Shown: positions 9,139 through 18,775, numbered from the stretch's first letter. The stretch is 64,000 bases of DNA from Synechococcales cyanobacterium T60_A2020_003 (GCA_015272205.1 JACYMB010000142.1:2381-66380), one strand, 5' to 3'. The notes: a model not told the origin generated them from the letters alone. Numbers and translations: made by a program.

Positions 9139-9434
9139 ATCTGTATTTCAGCAGATTTTACCCGTTTTGATTTGAACAGTTCATCTAAGCATGCGTGGCA
9201 GTGTCAGCAGATCCAGCATCGCCTAGGGTCAGTCTTCTAGTTAAAACCCGTACTATTGCGCAGTGAAGGAATCGTAAATAGCGACTAGACTGGGCATAAA
9301 TCAAGTGGGATCAAACGTCTAAGTTTGGCTATAGGGTGACGGAATACGTGCCATCCATGCCAAACCTTACACCAGTGTTTGAGCATTTCTCCGCTTGATT
9401 TCCTCCCCATGCATGTTGCGGAGTACAGGGTTGA

Positions 9435-11162
9435 ATGGTTCAAGGCGACAACCAGAAACCACACTTGATGGTCGTTGACGATGAGGTTGATAACCTCGCA
9501 CTGCTATACCGCACGTTTCGCCGCGATTTTCAGGTACACAAGGCGGAAAGTGCTCGTGAAGCGCTAGAAATTCTGGATCGGGAAGGCGAGATGGCTGTGA
9601 TCATCTCTGACCAGCGGATGCCCGGAATGAGCGGGATTGAGTTTCTCGGTCAAACGCTGGAACGCTTCCCCGATACGATTCGGATGGTGCTGACGGGTTA
9701 TACCGACGTTCACGATTTAGTCGATGCCATCAACAACGGCAAAGTCTTCAAGTACATCACCAAACCTTGGGATGCTCGTGACCTGCTGCCGATGGTGCAG
9801 CAGGCCGCCGAAACCTATCGAGCGGTGAAGCAGCGGACTAGCGAACTGAATCGAGCACTGCGCCGAGAATCCATGTTTAATGCAGTCATGACTGCCATTC
9901 GAGAATCGCTGGATTATGACAGCATGCTGCAAACGGTGGTCGAGACCATGGGCCGGACATTTGCAGCGGATGCTTGTATTGTCTATCCGTTAGAGTTGGT
10001 ATCTTCCCATGCTTCCTCTGATCTAACGCAATCTGATTCACCACTGCCCTTTGTAGATGCCCATGCATACTGGTCGGAGTCCGTTCTGGGAATAGAAGCC
10101 CTACAGGCAGAAATGATGATTCCCCCCCAAGCGGTACTGGAGTCCGTGGGCGATCGCCAGTTTCGGCAGGTTCAATACTTCAGCGGTGACCAGTCCTATC
10201 ATCACCTGATTTTGCCGTTGGTGACTCAGCAGCAGCCGTTAGCGGTGATTTCGCTGTACAAATCGACGGATGCAGGCTGGCGACCGGAGGATATTGAAGT
10301 CCTAGAAAGCGTGTCTGAACAGGTGGCATTGGCGATCGCCCAGGCCAGACTCTACCAGCAAGTCCAAAGCCAAAAAGAGCAAATGCGTGCCGAGTTAGAA
10401 GTGGCTCGCCAAATTCAAAGCAATCTGCTCCGCCAACGCCTTCCCAAACTTGACACGGCTCGCATTCAAGCCTGTTGTCATCCGGCTCGGGAGGTCGGAG
10501 GGGATTTCTTCGAGGTCTTTCAACATCCGCAGGGAGATGTGTGGTTAGCGGTTGGGGATGTATCGGGTAAAGGGGTTCCAGCCGCACTCTTTATGGCAAG
10601 CGCCATTTCGGTGTTGCGTCGCGAACTATCGCAGGAAAAGCCGCCAGAACCAAACATTATTCTCCAAAACCTGAATCGCAGTTTGCTGGATGACCTAGTG
10701 CGTACCAACTGCTTCATTACGATGGTGCTTGCTCAGTACACTCCTGCAACTCAGCAACTGACCTACGCCAACGCCGGACATCTGTATCCCCTGGTTTGGC
10801 ATCATCCAAACGTCATTGCTCAAGCCCAGGAGGGATCGATAGGGCCACGCTATCTCAAAACTAGGGGTGTACCGATCGGGATTTTGCCAGAGTGGATGGC
10901 CAAATCTGAGCAGATTTCGCTTCAGACGGGCGAGGTGTTTCTCCTGACGAGTGATGGCATTACTGAAGCGGTAATGAACACCTCTGATCCTGAAAATAAC
11001 AATCCCAGCCAAGGACGAGCAATGCTTCACCAATCTGGACTGTGGCAACTTGTCGTTCGGCAAGGAGGGACACTGGATTTGGCTCAAATCCTAGCGGATA
11101 TCCAAGCCCAAAATCCGGTACAGGAAGATGATCAAACCATTCTTTCCCTGGAGGTGCTGTGA
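9435..11162 (+). CDS. Response-regulator receiver - GAF - PP2C (SpoIIE/RsbU-type) phosphatase
   Basis: N-terminal REC domain (MVVDDEVDN...SDQRMPGMSG...KPW), a central GAF-like region, and a C-terminal PP2C/SpoIIE region (GGDFFEV...VGDVSGKGVPAALFMA...TSDGITEA). Confidence 0.85.
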   Translation: MVQGDNQKPHLMVVDDEVDNLALLYRTFRRDFQVHKAESAREALEILDREGEMAVIISDQRMPGMSGIEFLGQTLERFPDTIRMVLTGYTDVHDLVDAINNGKVFKYITKPWDARDLLPMVQQAAETYRAVKQRTSELNRALRRESMFNAVMTAIRESLDYDSMLQTVVETMGRTFAADACIVYPLELVSSHASSDLTQSDSPLPFVDAHAYWSESVLGIEALQAEMMIPPQAVLESVGDRQFRQVQYFSGDQSYHHLILPLVTQQQPLAVISLYKSTDAGWRPEDIEVLESVSEQVALAIAQARLYQQVQSQKEQMRAELEVARQIQSNLLRQRLPKLDTARIQACCHPAREVGGDFFEVFQHPQGDVWLAVGDVSGKGVPAALFMASAISVLRRELSQEKPPEPNIILQNLNRSLLDDLVRTNCFITMVLAQYTPATQQLTYANAGHLYPLVWHHPNVIAQAQEGSIGPRYLKTRGVPIGILPEWMAKSEQISLQTGEVFLLTSDGITEAVMNTSDPENNNPSQGRAMLHQSGLWQLVVRQGGTLDLAQILADIQAQNPVQEDDQTILSLEVL

Positions 11163-11165
11163 GTC

Positions 11166-11609
11166 ATGAAGAGCGAACTTCACGTTCCCAGCGACTTACG
11201 GTTTTTAACCATTGTCGAAAACTGGCTCTTGGGCGCTCTAGAAGTAGAATTGGGCGATCGCATTGATTGGCCTCGCCAAGCTAATCGTCTCCGTCTGGTT
11301 TTGGCAGAAGCCTACTCCAACGTGGTACGCCATGCCCACAAGGATCAGCCAAACCTACCAGTCCTGATTCGTTTAGAGTTACAGGATCGAGATTTGATGG
11401 TCGAGATTTGGGATCATGGTCAGGGGTACGATCTCTCGACGTATCTCCCGCCATCGCCGGATAACGAAAAGGATGGCGGATACGGATGGCTGATTCTGAA
11501 TCGCCTGATGGATCGGGTGGAATACCGTCTCCAAGTCAACGGCCAAAACTGTCTGACCCTGGTCACAACGCTTCCTGAGCAAGAACCGGATCCCCAGCCA
11601 AAAGATTAA
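11166..11609 (+). CDS. RsbW/SpoIIAB-like anti-sigma-factor serine kinase (HATPase_c)
   Basis: 147 aa with an N-box-like EAYSNVVRHAH and a G-box-like GGYGWLILNRLMD. It starts 3 nt after the stop of the PP2C gene. Confidence 0.7.
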   Translation: MKSELHVPSDLRFLTIVENWLLGALEVELGDRIDWPRQANRLRLVLAEAYSNVVRHAHKDQPNLPVLIRLELQDRDLMVEIWDHGQGYDLSTYLPPSPDNEKDGGYGWLILNRLMDRVEYRLQVNGQNCLTLVTTLPEQEPDPQPKD

Positions 11610-11639
11610 TACAACGAGAGCAATGCGATCTAAAACCGA

Positions 11640-11951
11640 TTAGGATACGATTGCTGGCTTTGAGGTGGTTGTAATGTCTTCTCGTTTGATCCCTGCGGCA
11701 ATCAGGGTTGGGGTCAGTCCTTCCTCAAGGTTATCGTCTTCGATAATGACCTGGTTCTCGACCAGACGGGCATGAAACAGAATGGCATCCATCCATCGCT
11801 GTTTATCCCAGCCCGTAGCCAGAATGAGAAAGTGACCAGAATCCGTATCGCAGACAGGATAGAGCTTGATCGATTGAAGTCGAGGTTGGTTAACGGTTGC
11901 TGCCTGTACCGTTTGCTTGAGAATGTCCGCGTAGCTTAGTGGGTGATCCAT
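11640..11951 (-). CDS. XisI-family protein
   Basis: 103 aa. The overall pattern (..GWD..RW.D.ILFHARL..N+V.IE.DN.EEG....L..AGI.REDI) resembles XisI (fdxN-element excision control) family proteins. Confidence 0.55.
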   Translation of the reverse strand: MDHPLSYADILKQTVQAATVNQPRLQSIKLYPVCDTDSGHFLILATGWDKQRWMDAILFHARLVENQVIIEDDNLEEGLTPTLIAAGIKREDITTTSKPAIVS

Positions 11952-12147
11952 TGAAGAATCTTTTTCGAGGGTGCGACGTAGGGGGAAGTGTCAATCGTCT
12001 CGCTTGGACATTGTAATTAATCTTAACGAGAGCAAGACTTGAAGGGCTGGAGATTCAGGGGTGTGGAAGTAGTGCCTCATTTCTTAACCAGCAGGCATCA
12101 GATGACCCAACTTGTCTATGATTGTCCATGGGGACTATCCCCATATC

Positions 12148-12198
12148 GCAAGTGTAAGGACTTGCGTTACACTCCTTACACTTGCCTTGCCATTTTTT
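12148..12198 (+). promoter_or_regulatory. Strong hairpin plus T6 run in the leader of the CRR6-like/methyltransferase pair
   Basis: Perfect 13-bp stem gcaagtgtaagga/tccttacacttgc (12148-12160 and 12173-12185) with a 12-nt loop. T6 at 12193-12198, ATG at 12218. It is preceded by a second small hairpin, atgggg-actat-ccccat (12128-12144). Confidence 0.4.
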
Positions 12199-12217
12199 CG
12201 GTCAACTTTACCACCTC

Positions 12218-12691
12218 ATGACTACTCCGATCTATCTGGACGCTCACTGTATCCACGCCCTTGATCTTTCCCCTGCCAAGTCTGTGATTGAGCCGATGCT
12301 AAATGCCGGGAATATTGGAGCCTCCGAACAATCCGTGGCGTTCAGCATTGACTATCCGCGGGAACCCAATGATCCCCGCGAGATTTCAGAAATTCCAGAG
12401 GTCAGACTGTGGTTTGTGCGGTTGGATGCCGTTTATCCGTGGTTTCCCTTCGTCTTGGATTGGGGCACCGAGTTAAGCCGCTATACCGCCATGCTGGTTC
12501 CCCATCAGTTCAGCCGTTCTGACGGGATTCAGTACAATCCTGAAGCGCTGGAACTGTTCGTTATGCACAAGATTTTCATCATCCTCGACTGGCTAAAGCA
12601 GGGAGGACTTGAAGGGCGTTCTAAGGTAAAAGCCTTGGCGCTGACCCTAGGATACGAACTCGATGACGCATTTTTCGATTTGGTGGAGTAA
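12218..12691 (+). CDS. CRR6-family (NdhI maturation factor-like) protein, tentative
   Basis: 157 aa from the ATG at 12218. The segment EIPEVRLWFVRLDAVYPWFPFVLDW..ELSRYTAMLVPHQF matches my recollection of the CRR6 (chlororespiratory reduction 6) family. Not verified by search. Confidence 0.45.
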   Translation: MTTPIYLDAHCIHALDLSPAKSVIEPMLNAGNIGASEQSVAFSIDYPREPNDPREISEIPEVRLWFVRLDAVYPWFPFVLDWGTELSRYTAMLVPHQFSRSDGIQYNPEALELFVMHKIFIILDWLKQGGLEGRSKVKALALTLGYELDDAFFDLVE

Positions 12692-13647
12692 TGAAAAAGC
12701 CGCGTGCGCCCCGAAATCGTACGCTGACCCTTTCAGAGGGCGATCGCCCACGGTTGCGATCGCGCCTTCTGGTTCCTCCCGATGATCAAAGCTGGCCATT
12801 CCCCCTACCCAACGGTACAGTCTGCGGTGACTGCTTGGCGATCGCTCCCCAGCTTCCCCCAGAGTCCGTGGATCTCCTGGTGCTCGACCCGCCCTATAAC
12901 CTGAACAAAGACTTTAATGGGCTAAAGTTTGTCAAACACACCGTAGATGATTACACCCAATGGCTGAATCAGGTCATCACAGTTCTCAAACCGCTCCTTA
13001 AACCCGCTGCTTCCGTCTATATCTGCGGGGATTGGTTTTCATCGATTTCCATTTTTACCGTTGCCACCCAACACTTTACCGTGCGTAATCGCATCACCTG
13101 GGAACGGGAAAAGGGACGGGGTTCCCAGCGCAACTGGAAGAATGCCAGCGAAGATATCTGGTTTTGCACGATGTCCGATGACTATGTGTTCAACGTGGAT
13201 GCTGTGAAGCTGCGCCGTCGCGTGTTGGCTCCCTATCGCGATCTGAATGGCACACCGAAAGACTGGCAGCCAACGGAGAACGGCAATTTCCGAGACACCC
13301 ATCCCTCTAACGTATGGACTGATATCACCATTCCCTTTTGGTCGATGCCCGAAAACACTGACCACCCGACCCAAAAAAGTGAAAAGCTAATGGCTAAGCT
13401 CATCCTGGCCAGTACAAACCCTGGGCAGCAAGTGTTCGATCCATTTCTAGGGAGCGGGACAACGTCCGTGGTTGCCAAAAAGCTGGAACGCCGCTATTTC
13501 GGCATTGAACGGGATGAGGAATACTGCCTCCTCGCTGAACGCAGACTGGAATTAGCAGACGAAAACTCGGAAATTCAAGGCTTTGTCCAACGCATCTTTT
13601 GGGAACGAAACACGATGTCCCTACGGCGGCGGCACACTGGAAATTAG
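12691..13647 (+). CDS. Beta-class N4-cytosine/N6-adenine DNA methyltransferase (orphan)
   Basis: Motif IV LVLDPPYNL lies upstream of motif I FDPFLGSGTTSVVAKKLERRYFGIE, which is the beta-class order. The start overlaps the preceding stop (TAATG). There is no adjacent nuclease gene. Confidence 0.85.
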   Translation: MKKPRAPRNRTLTLSEGDRPRLRSRLLVPPDDQSWPFPLPNGTVCGDCLAIAPQLPPESVDLLVLDPPYNLNKDFNGLKFVKHTVDDYTQWLNQVITVLKPLLKPAASVYICGDWFSSISIFTVATQHFTVRNRITWEREKGRGSQRNWKNASEDIWFCTMSDDYVFNVDAVKLRRRVLAPYRDLNGTPKDWQPTENGNFRDTHPSNVWTDITIPFWSMPENTDHPTQKSEKLMAKLILASTNPGQQVFDPFLGSGTTSVVAKKLERRYFGIERDEEYCLLAERRLELADENSEIQGFVQRIFWERNTMSLRRRHTGN

Positions 13648-13787
13648 TCGTAGGAGCGCAATTCTATTCAGACGCTTGAAGTCGGCAAAGGGATTGGCGA
13701 ATAGGGCAGATTCCAAGTTGAGCGTTATCATAGACACGCCTACAACCCATCGTTTGGGTTCGCTGTTGCTACGGAAACCTGCAAACC

Positions 13788-14645
13788 ATGCCACTGTTGA
13801 TTATTCTGGCACTGGCGATCGCCCTCCTCGCCGTGTTGTTTGCCTTGCAAAACAAGGCGATTGTAACCATTAGCTTCTTTATCTGGACATTTAACCAACC
13901 CTTAGCGGTCGTAATTCTATCGACATTGGGCATTGGCGTTCTCGTTGGATTATTGGTATCAGTTCCGGCCATTCTGCGGCGAAATTGGCGCATTTCTCGC
14001 CAAGTCACCCAAATTAATTCACTAGAGAGCCAGATTCAAACGCACCAAACGGAAGTGAGTGCGATCGCCGCTGCCCACCAGCAAGAGTTAGACCGTACCC
14101 GCCAAAGCCATCAGGCGCTGCTTTCGGCGCTGTCGATCGTCGAACCCCAAACGGGATTACTGAGTCACACCACTGCTGCCCAAGCCGCATCCTACCTACT
14201 CCAGCAAAGCGTGCAAAAGCCGGAGCTTCAGTCCGTTTGTGCCTATGTGATTGAGCAAAACGAACTCCAGGAAACGACGGTTCCCCAAGATCAGATCCTG
14301 CGTCAAGGCATTTTACGGGCGATCGCAACCCGCCTCCAAGCCTGCGCTACTCCCACAAGCTGGCTCCATTCGGATGGCTCCGGTCGCCTGATCTGCCTGA
14401 CCCCCGGACTCAATCCCAAGTCTGCCCTAGACTATGGCGAAAAAATGCGGGCAGCGCTGTCCGATACGCCCCTCACCCTGGAGAATGGTGCTACCCTGCC
14501 CTCCAATATCAGCATTGGTGGGGCGATCGCCGAGTCTGCGGAACATTTAGAGGGTTCTCAACTGATCGACCAAGCGGTTCAGGCGCTCCAAAACGCTAAA
14601 CAGCGGGGACAAAACCGCTTTCGCCTAGAACAAGTAACCCGCTAG
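13788..14645 (+). CDS. Membrane protein with LapA-like N-terminal TM domain, coiled coil and a degenerate GGDEF-like C-terminus
   Basis: N-terminus MPLLIILALAIALLAVLFALQN...FFIW.. is LapA/DUF1049-like. The C-terminus ISIGGAIAES...LIDQAVQALQNAKQRGQNRF resembles the end of GGDEF domains, but no GG(D/E)EF motif is present. Confidence 0.5.
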   Translation: MPLLIILALAIALLAVLFALQNKAIVTISFFIWTFNQPLAVVILSTLGIGVLVGLLVSVPAILRRNWRISRQVTQINSLESQIQTHQTEVSAIAAAHQQELDRTRQSHQALLSALSIVEPQTGLLSHTTAAQAASYLLQQSVQKPELQSVCAYVIEQNELQETTVPQDQILRQGILRAIATRLQACATPTSWLHSDGSGRLICLTPGLNPKSALDYGEKMRAALSDTPLTLENGATLPSNISIGGAIAESAEHLEGSQLIDQAVQALQNAKQRGQNRFRLEQVTR

Positions 14646-14647
14646 AA

Positions 14648-15289
14648 CTAAGGACAGTTCTCGCCTGCAGTGGCGCTATAAGCCATTTGCCAAAAATCGG
14701 TTTCTAGGCGGGCGATGTCTAGAAATACCTGCTCGGCTTGGTGCTGCACATCCTCCGATTCCATAGCCAAAGCCTCATTAGCCTGTTGTTCCAATAAACC
14801 GACATAGGCCGTAAAGTCCCGATTGCCCCAGCGGTTGGCAAACTCATCATAGGGCGGTGTCATCGTGCCAGGATTTTGCCATCCCTGGTTGTAGGCTAAC
14901 TCAATCGCCCATAATGCCGTGGATTGCACGGCGTAGGGCGTGTCTGCTAGACGAGCCATCATGGCGCAGTACTCCTGACAGGTCGCCTGTTTCGGAACAT
15001 CGAGCGTTAAATCCCGTTCCTGGGCTTTGGCCTGAAACCACAGCAGTTCGTCCTTAAGGGCAATCATGCCCCCCAACAGCACGTCCATGTGAACCGGAGG
15101 GGCGATCGCAATCACCCGCGCCAGCAGTTTGGTGAAATCAATCACGAATAGGTAATCCTGAACCAGCCAGGTATTGAACTGACTTGGCGAAATCTCCCCC
15201 GTTTTGCACTGCGTTAGAAACGGATGCACCGTTGCCGCTTGCCATGCTTGGGGATGTTTTTCTAAAAGCTGTTGTCCGGTTAGGGTCAT
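14648..15289 (-). CDS. TenA/PqqC-family protein (thiaminase II-like)
   Basis: TenA-like pattern (HPFL..C..GEISPSQFNTWLVQDYLFV.DF). It lies 30 nt downstream of purN on the same strand. Confidence 0.65.
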   Translation of the reverse strand: MTLTGQQLLEKHPQAWQAATVHPFLTQCKTGEISPSQFNTWLVQDYLFVIDFTKLLARVIAIAPPVHMDVLLGGMIALKDELLWFQAKAQERDLTLDVPKQATCQEYCAMMARLADTPYAVQSTALWAIELAYNQGWQNPGTMTPPYDEFANRWGNRDFTAYVGLLEQQANEALAMESEDVQHQAEQVFLDIARLETDFWQMAYSATAGENCP

Positions 15290-15319
15290 AGTTCTCTTGG
15301 GGTTCGGTTCCGCAGCTAG

Positions 15320-16000
15320 CTAGTCAGCAATGATGCCCTGTCCGGTTGCAAGGGCGATCGCCCGCGGATAGATGTAGTGCTCCTGCACCTGGATCCGGGC
15401 ATGGAGGGAGGCGGGATCGTCATTGGGCAACACCGGAACCACCGCTTGAATAATGATCGGGCCGCTGTCCACTTTCAGTTCGACATAGTGTACCGTACAT
15501 CCCGTAACGCGCACGCCTGCCTCCAACGCTTGTTCCACCCCCCGCACGCCGGGAAAGCTAGGGAGCAAGCTCGGATGAATATTGAGCATTCGTCTGGGAA
15601 AGGCATCAATCAACGTCTGGGTGACGCGGCGCATCCAGCCCGCCATCACCACCCATTCCACCTCGTACTGCTGCAAGGTTTCCACAATGGTGGCGTCAAA
15701 TGCTTCCCGATCCGTCCATCCTCGGTGGTTGAGCAACACTGAGGGAATCTTGAGGCGATCCGCCCGTTCCGCAGCCTTTGCCCCCGGATTGTTGTAGATC
15801 ATGACCTGAATTTGAGCATTCAAGTTCTTTTGGGCGATCGCCTGGGCAATGGTCTCAAAGTTGCTGCCACTGCCAGACGCCAAAATCCCTAATTTCAGCG
15901 GCGGCGCATTGAAATCGGGGGTGAACTGAATGGTGGGGGATACCAGCGCTGACGGAGTCTCTGAAACGAGGGAAGAATCAGAACGGGCCTTCATGGACAT
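15320..16000 (-). CDS. purN: Phosphoribosylglycinamide formyltransferase
   Basis: ILASGSGSNFE, NIHPSLLPSFPG and the HYV..+VD.GPII motifs. Confidence 0.9.
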   Translation of the reverse strand: MSMKARSDSSLVSETPSALVSPTIQFTPDFNAPPLKLGILASGSGSNFETIAQAIAQKNLNAQIQVMIYNNPGAKAAERADRLKIPSVLLNHRGWTDREAFDATIVETLQQYEVEWVVMAGWMRRVTQTLIDAFPRRMLNIHPSLLPSFPGVRGVEQALEAGVRVTGCTVHYVELKVDSGPIIIQAVVPVLPNDDPASLHARIQVQEHYIYPRAIALATGQGIIAD

Positions 16001-16051
16001 GCTTACAGTAAGAAATTGAGAGTCGAAATTTTAGTAACGGCAACGAGGAGT

Positions 16052-16588
16052 TTAGCGAGATAAATCTTCCTCTTTAAGCGATCGCGCCTTAGACGAAGGG
16101 ACGTCTTCGTAGGCAGTGACTTGCTCCTCTTGAGTCAGGTATTCAAGGTCAAGCTCCTGCTCTTCCGCCACAGGCAGTTGGCCAACGGCATAGGATTCGT
16201 CGTCATAATCCTCCGAGAGATGGTCTGAACGGTTGAAGGTTTTCCAGGCCGCTTTCATACCCACAAAAACGCTGCGAGTGGTGACCCCAGCCTGCTTTAC
16301 TTGATTTGTAACGCCGCTCACGCCATCGTTTACTTTTTGGGTGACTTGACCCACGTTCTGTACCCCTTCACTGACATCATCCGTGAGTTCCGTAATTTCC
16401 ATACTGGTTAGGCGAATGGCCTCCAGGGTTGGGGGAAGCTCACGACTCAGCGTATCAAACAGCTTTTCCGCACTGCGCGATGCCCGTCCTAACTCCCTAA
16501 ACGCCGGAATCGCCACAGACAGGAGTGCCGTGAGGCTCACGGCAACAAGCAAAATGGATAATCCTAACCAAAAAACTGGATCAATCAC
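16052..16588 (-). CDS. DUF948-like membrane-anchored protein
   Basis: N-terminal TM helix followed by a helical region (AIPAFRELGRASRSAEKLFDTLSRELPPTLEAIRLT) typical of DUF948. Confidence 0.5.
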   Translation of the reverse strand: MIDPVFWLGLSILLVAVSLTALLSVAIPAFRELGRASRSAEKLFDTLSRELPPTLEAIRLTSMEITELTDDVSEGVQNVGQVTQKVNDGVSGVTNQVKQAGVTTRSVFVGMKAAWKTFNRSDHLSEDYDDESYAVGQLPVAEEQELDLEYLTQEEQVTAYEDVPSSKARSLKEEDLSR

Positions 16589-16597
16589 AGATATCGC

Positions 16598-16960
16598 CTA
16601 TGGTGTGCTGGGATCCCGAACGGATGATGGAGAATCGGTGGACGAAACCGTATCTTTATGAAATTTTTGACGTTCCTTTTGGCTGGCTTCTACCCCAGCG
16701 GCGATCGCGTCTCGCAACCGCGTTAAGGTTCCATCCCAGTTCTTTAGCGCTGACTCCGAGAGCCGATCGGCTTGGAACTGAACCGTCGTAGACAAATCTT
16801 CTGCTAATTCAGGCAGGGCATCTGCGGACTTTCGCAAGAGTCGTCGTGTCTCACGCCCAGTTCTGGGTGCAAGGAGTAACCCCGCCACCGCCCCGGCGGC
16901 TGCACCCAATACTAATCCTCCTAAAAAGGCTCCTGTTCCCCCTGAGCGCCGTTCTGACAT
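16598..16960 (-). CDS. YtxH-like protein
   Basis: Gly-rich N-terminal helix GGLVLGAAAGAVAGLLLAPRTGRETRR is typical of YtxH-domain proteins. Confidence 0.55.
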   Translation of the reverse strand: MSERRSGGTGAFLGGLVLGAAAGAVAGLLLAPRTGRETRRLLRKSADALPELAEDLSTTVQFQADRLSESALKNWDGTLTRLRDAIAAGVEASQKERQKFHKDTVSSTDSPSSVRDPSTP

Positions 16961-16973
16961 TCGATTGACCTCC

Positions 16974-17339
16974 CTACAACTGTTCCCTGCTCACCATCAT
17001 AGATTTTTTAACCCACTTTGAACGCCGCTGCCGTCTAGCGGGAGATAGGCGGAACCAAGCCGTTTGTCCAAAACTGAGCAAGGACAAAACCATTTGCAGC
17101 CTTTGCAGTTGTAATTCCAGACCTTGGTATCGTTGACGGAGCCGATAGATTCCGAGCTGTCCTTTCATAATGGCCTGGGGCGCACCGTACAGCACATTGT
17201 GAGTACTGCGCTCTGCAATATCTAAACCACGAACGGCGATCGCCAAGGCACGACGAATCTTTAGAACCCGCCAAACGCCGTACCAGCAAAGCCCTGCGAT
17301 CGCCAAATTAATATTAATAATCAGAACCGCTAGCCCCAT
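16974..17339 (-). CDS. Small membrane protein, function unknown
   Basis: 121-aa ORF with an N-terminal TM helix, co-oriented and tightly spaced with the two genes downstream. Confidence 0.45.
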   Translation of the reverse strand: MGLAVLIININLAIAGLCWYGVWRVLKIRRALAIAVRGLDIAERSTHNVLYGAPQAIMKGQLGIYRLRQRYQGLELQLQRLQMVLSLLSFGQTAWFRLSPARRQRRSKWVKKSMMVSREQL

Positions 17340-17540
17340 GCTGCTATTGACAGTCCGTTGTCTAAATCAACTAAATCCATGAAACCTTTGACCACTATTT
17401 AACCACTGAATTCTGCGAATGGGGCGTCTGTTCAGGAGCTTTCTTCCCCCTCTCCAACAGCGATGGTGGATCACAAAAGCTAGTGGTAATGATCCCCCGA
17501 CATTTTATAGTAAAGAGGCTGGTCATCTTTATCCCCTCCC

Positions 17541-18734
17541 GTGAAACCGATTACTCTTCTTGGCTCAACTGGCTCGATTGGCACCCAAACCCTGGATATT
17601 CTGGCGCAGTACCCTGACCAGTTTCGGCTTGTAGGGTTGGCAGCGCGGCGAAATGTAGACTTGATGGCTGCCCAAATTCGCCAGTTCAAACCGGAGATTG
17701 TCGCCATTTGCGATGCGTCAAAGCTGGCTGACCTCAAAGCGGCGATCGCCGATGTTGATCCCCAACCGATCATCCTAGCCGGGGAAAAAGGGGTGGTTGA
17801 GGTGGCTCGCTATGGCGATGCCGAAGCGGTCGTCACCGGGATCGTCGGGTGTGCGGGACTATTGCCCACGATCGCAGCAATTGAAGCGGGTAAAGATATT
17901 GCCCTTGCCAATAAGGAAACATTGATTGCAGGGGGGCCAGTGGTGCTGCCGCTGATCCAAAAGCACGGGGTGAAGTTGTTACCCGCCGATTCGGAACATT
18001 CCGCCATTTTCCAGTGCTTACAAGGGGTGCCCGATGGGGGACTGCGCCGAATTATTTTGACCGCCTCCGGTGGCGCATTTCGCGATCGCCCCGTGGAAAC
18101 CTTGGCGAGCGTGACCGTTGCCGACGCTCTGAAGCATCCCAACTGGTCGATGGGGCCTAAGATTACGATTGACTCTGCTACCCTCATGAATAAGGGACTC
18201 GAAGTGATCGAAGCCCACTTCCTGTTCGGCATGGACTACGACGGTATTGATATCGTGATCCATCCCCAAAGCATTATCCATTCACTGATTGAACTTCAGG
18301 ATACGTCCGTCCTGGCGCAACTGGGATGGCCGGATATGCGGCTACCGCTGCTGTATGCGCTGTCCTACCCAGAGCGAATCTACACCGACTGGGAACCGCT
18401 TGATTTGGTCAAGGCCGGGAATCTGACCTTCCGGGAACCGGATCATCAAAAATATCCCTGTATGCAGTTGGCCTACGCCGCGGGTCGGGCCGGAGGGTCT
18501 ATGCCGGCGGTGCTGAACGCGGCGAATGAACAAGCGGTGGCGCTTTTTATTGACGAACAGATTCAGTTCTTGGATATCCCCAAAGTGATTGAAACCGTGT
18601 GCGATCGCCATCAATCTGGTAACCGCAGCACTCCAACCTTGGATGACATTTTGCACGCGGATCAATGGGCACGCCAAGAGGCGATCGCCGTGAGTCAAAC
18701 ATTATCCTCCGCCTCCGTCGTCAGCGTTCGATAA
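17541..18734 (+). CDS. dxr: 1-deoxy-D-xylulose-5-phosphate reductoisomerase
   Basis: GTG start. [28 protein letters not shown] and NKGLEVIEA motifs. Confidence 0.95.
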   Translation: MKPITLLGSTGSIGTQTLDILAQYPDQFRLVGLAARRNVDLMAAQIRQFKPEIVAICDASKLADLKAAIADVDPQPIILAGEKGVVEVARYGDAEAVVTGIVGCAGLLPTIAAIEAGKDIALANKETLIAGGPVVLPLIQKHGVKLLPADSEHSAIFQCLQGVPDGGLRRIILTASGGAFRDRPVETLASVTVADALKHPNWSMGPKITIDSATLMNKGLEVIEAHFLFGMDYDGIDIVIHPQSIIHSLIELQDTSVLAQLGWPDMRLPLLYALSYPERIYTDWEPLDLVKAGNLTFREPDHQKYPCMQLAYAAGRAGGSMPAVLNAANEQAVALFIDEQIQFLDIPKVIETVCDRHQSGNRSTPTLDDILHADQWARQEAIAVSQTLSSASVVSVR

Positions 18735-18775
18735 ACCTGGGGTTCCTCCCTCACTGGGTCTACCCCGTTGGCAGG

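Noticed and set aside
12039-12221. A 60-aa ORF upstream of the CRR6-like gene.
   Set aside because: It is made up largely of the two hairpins and the T-run, and it starts with a non-ATG codon. A regulatory or structural RNA explanation is more parsimonious.
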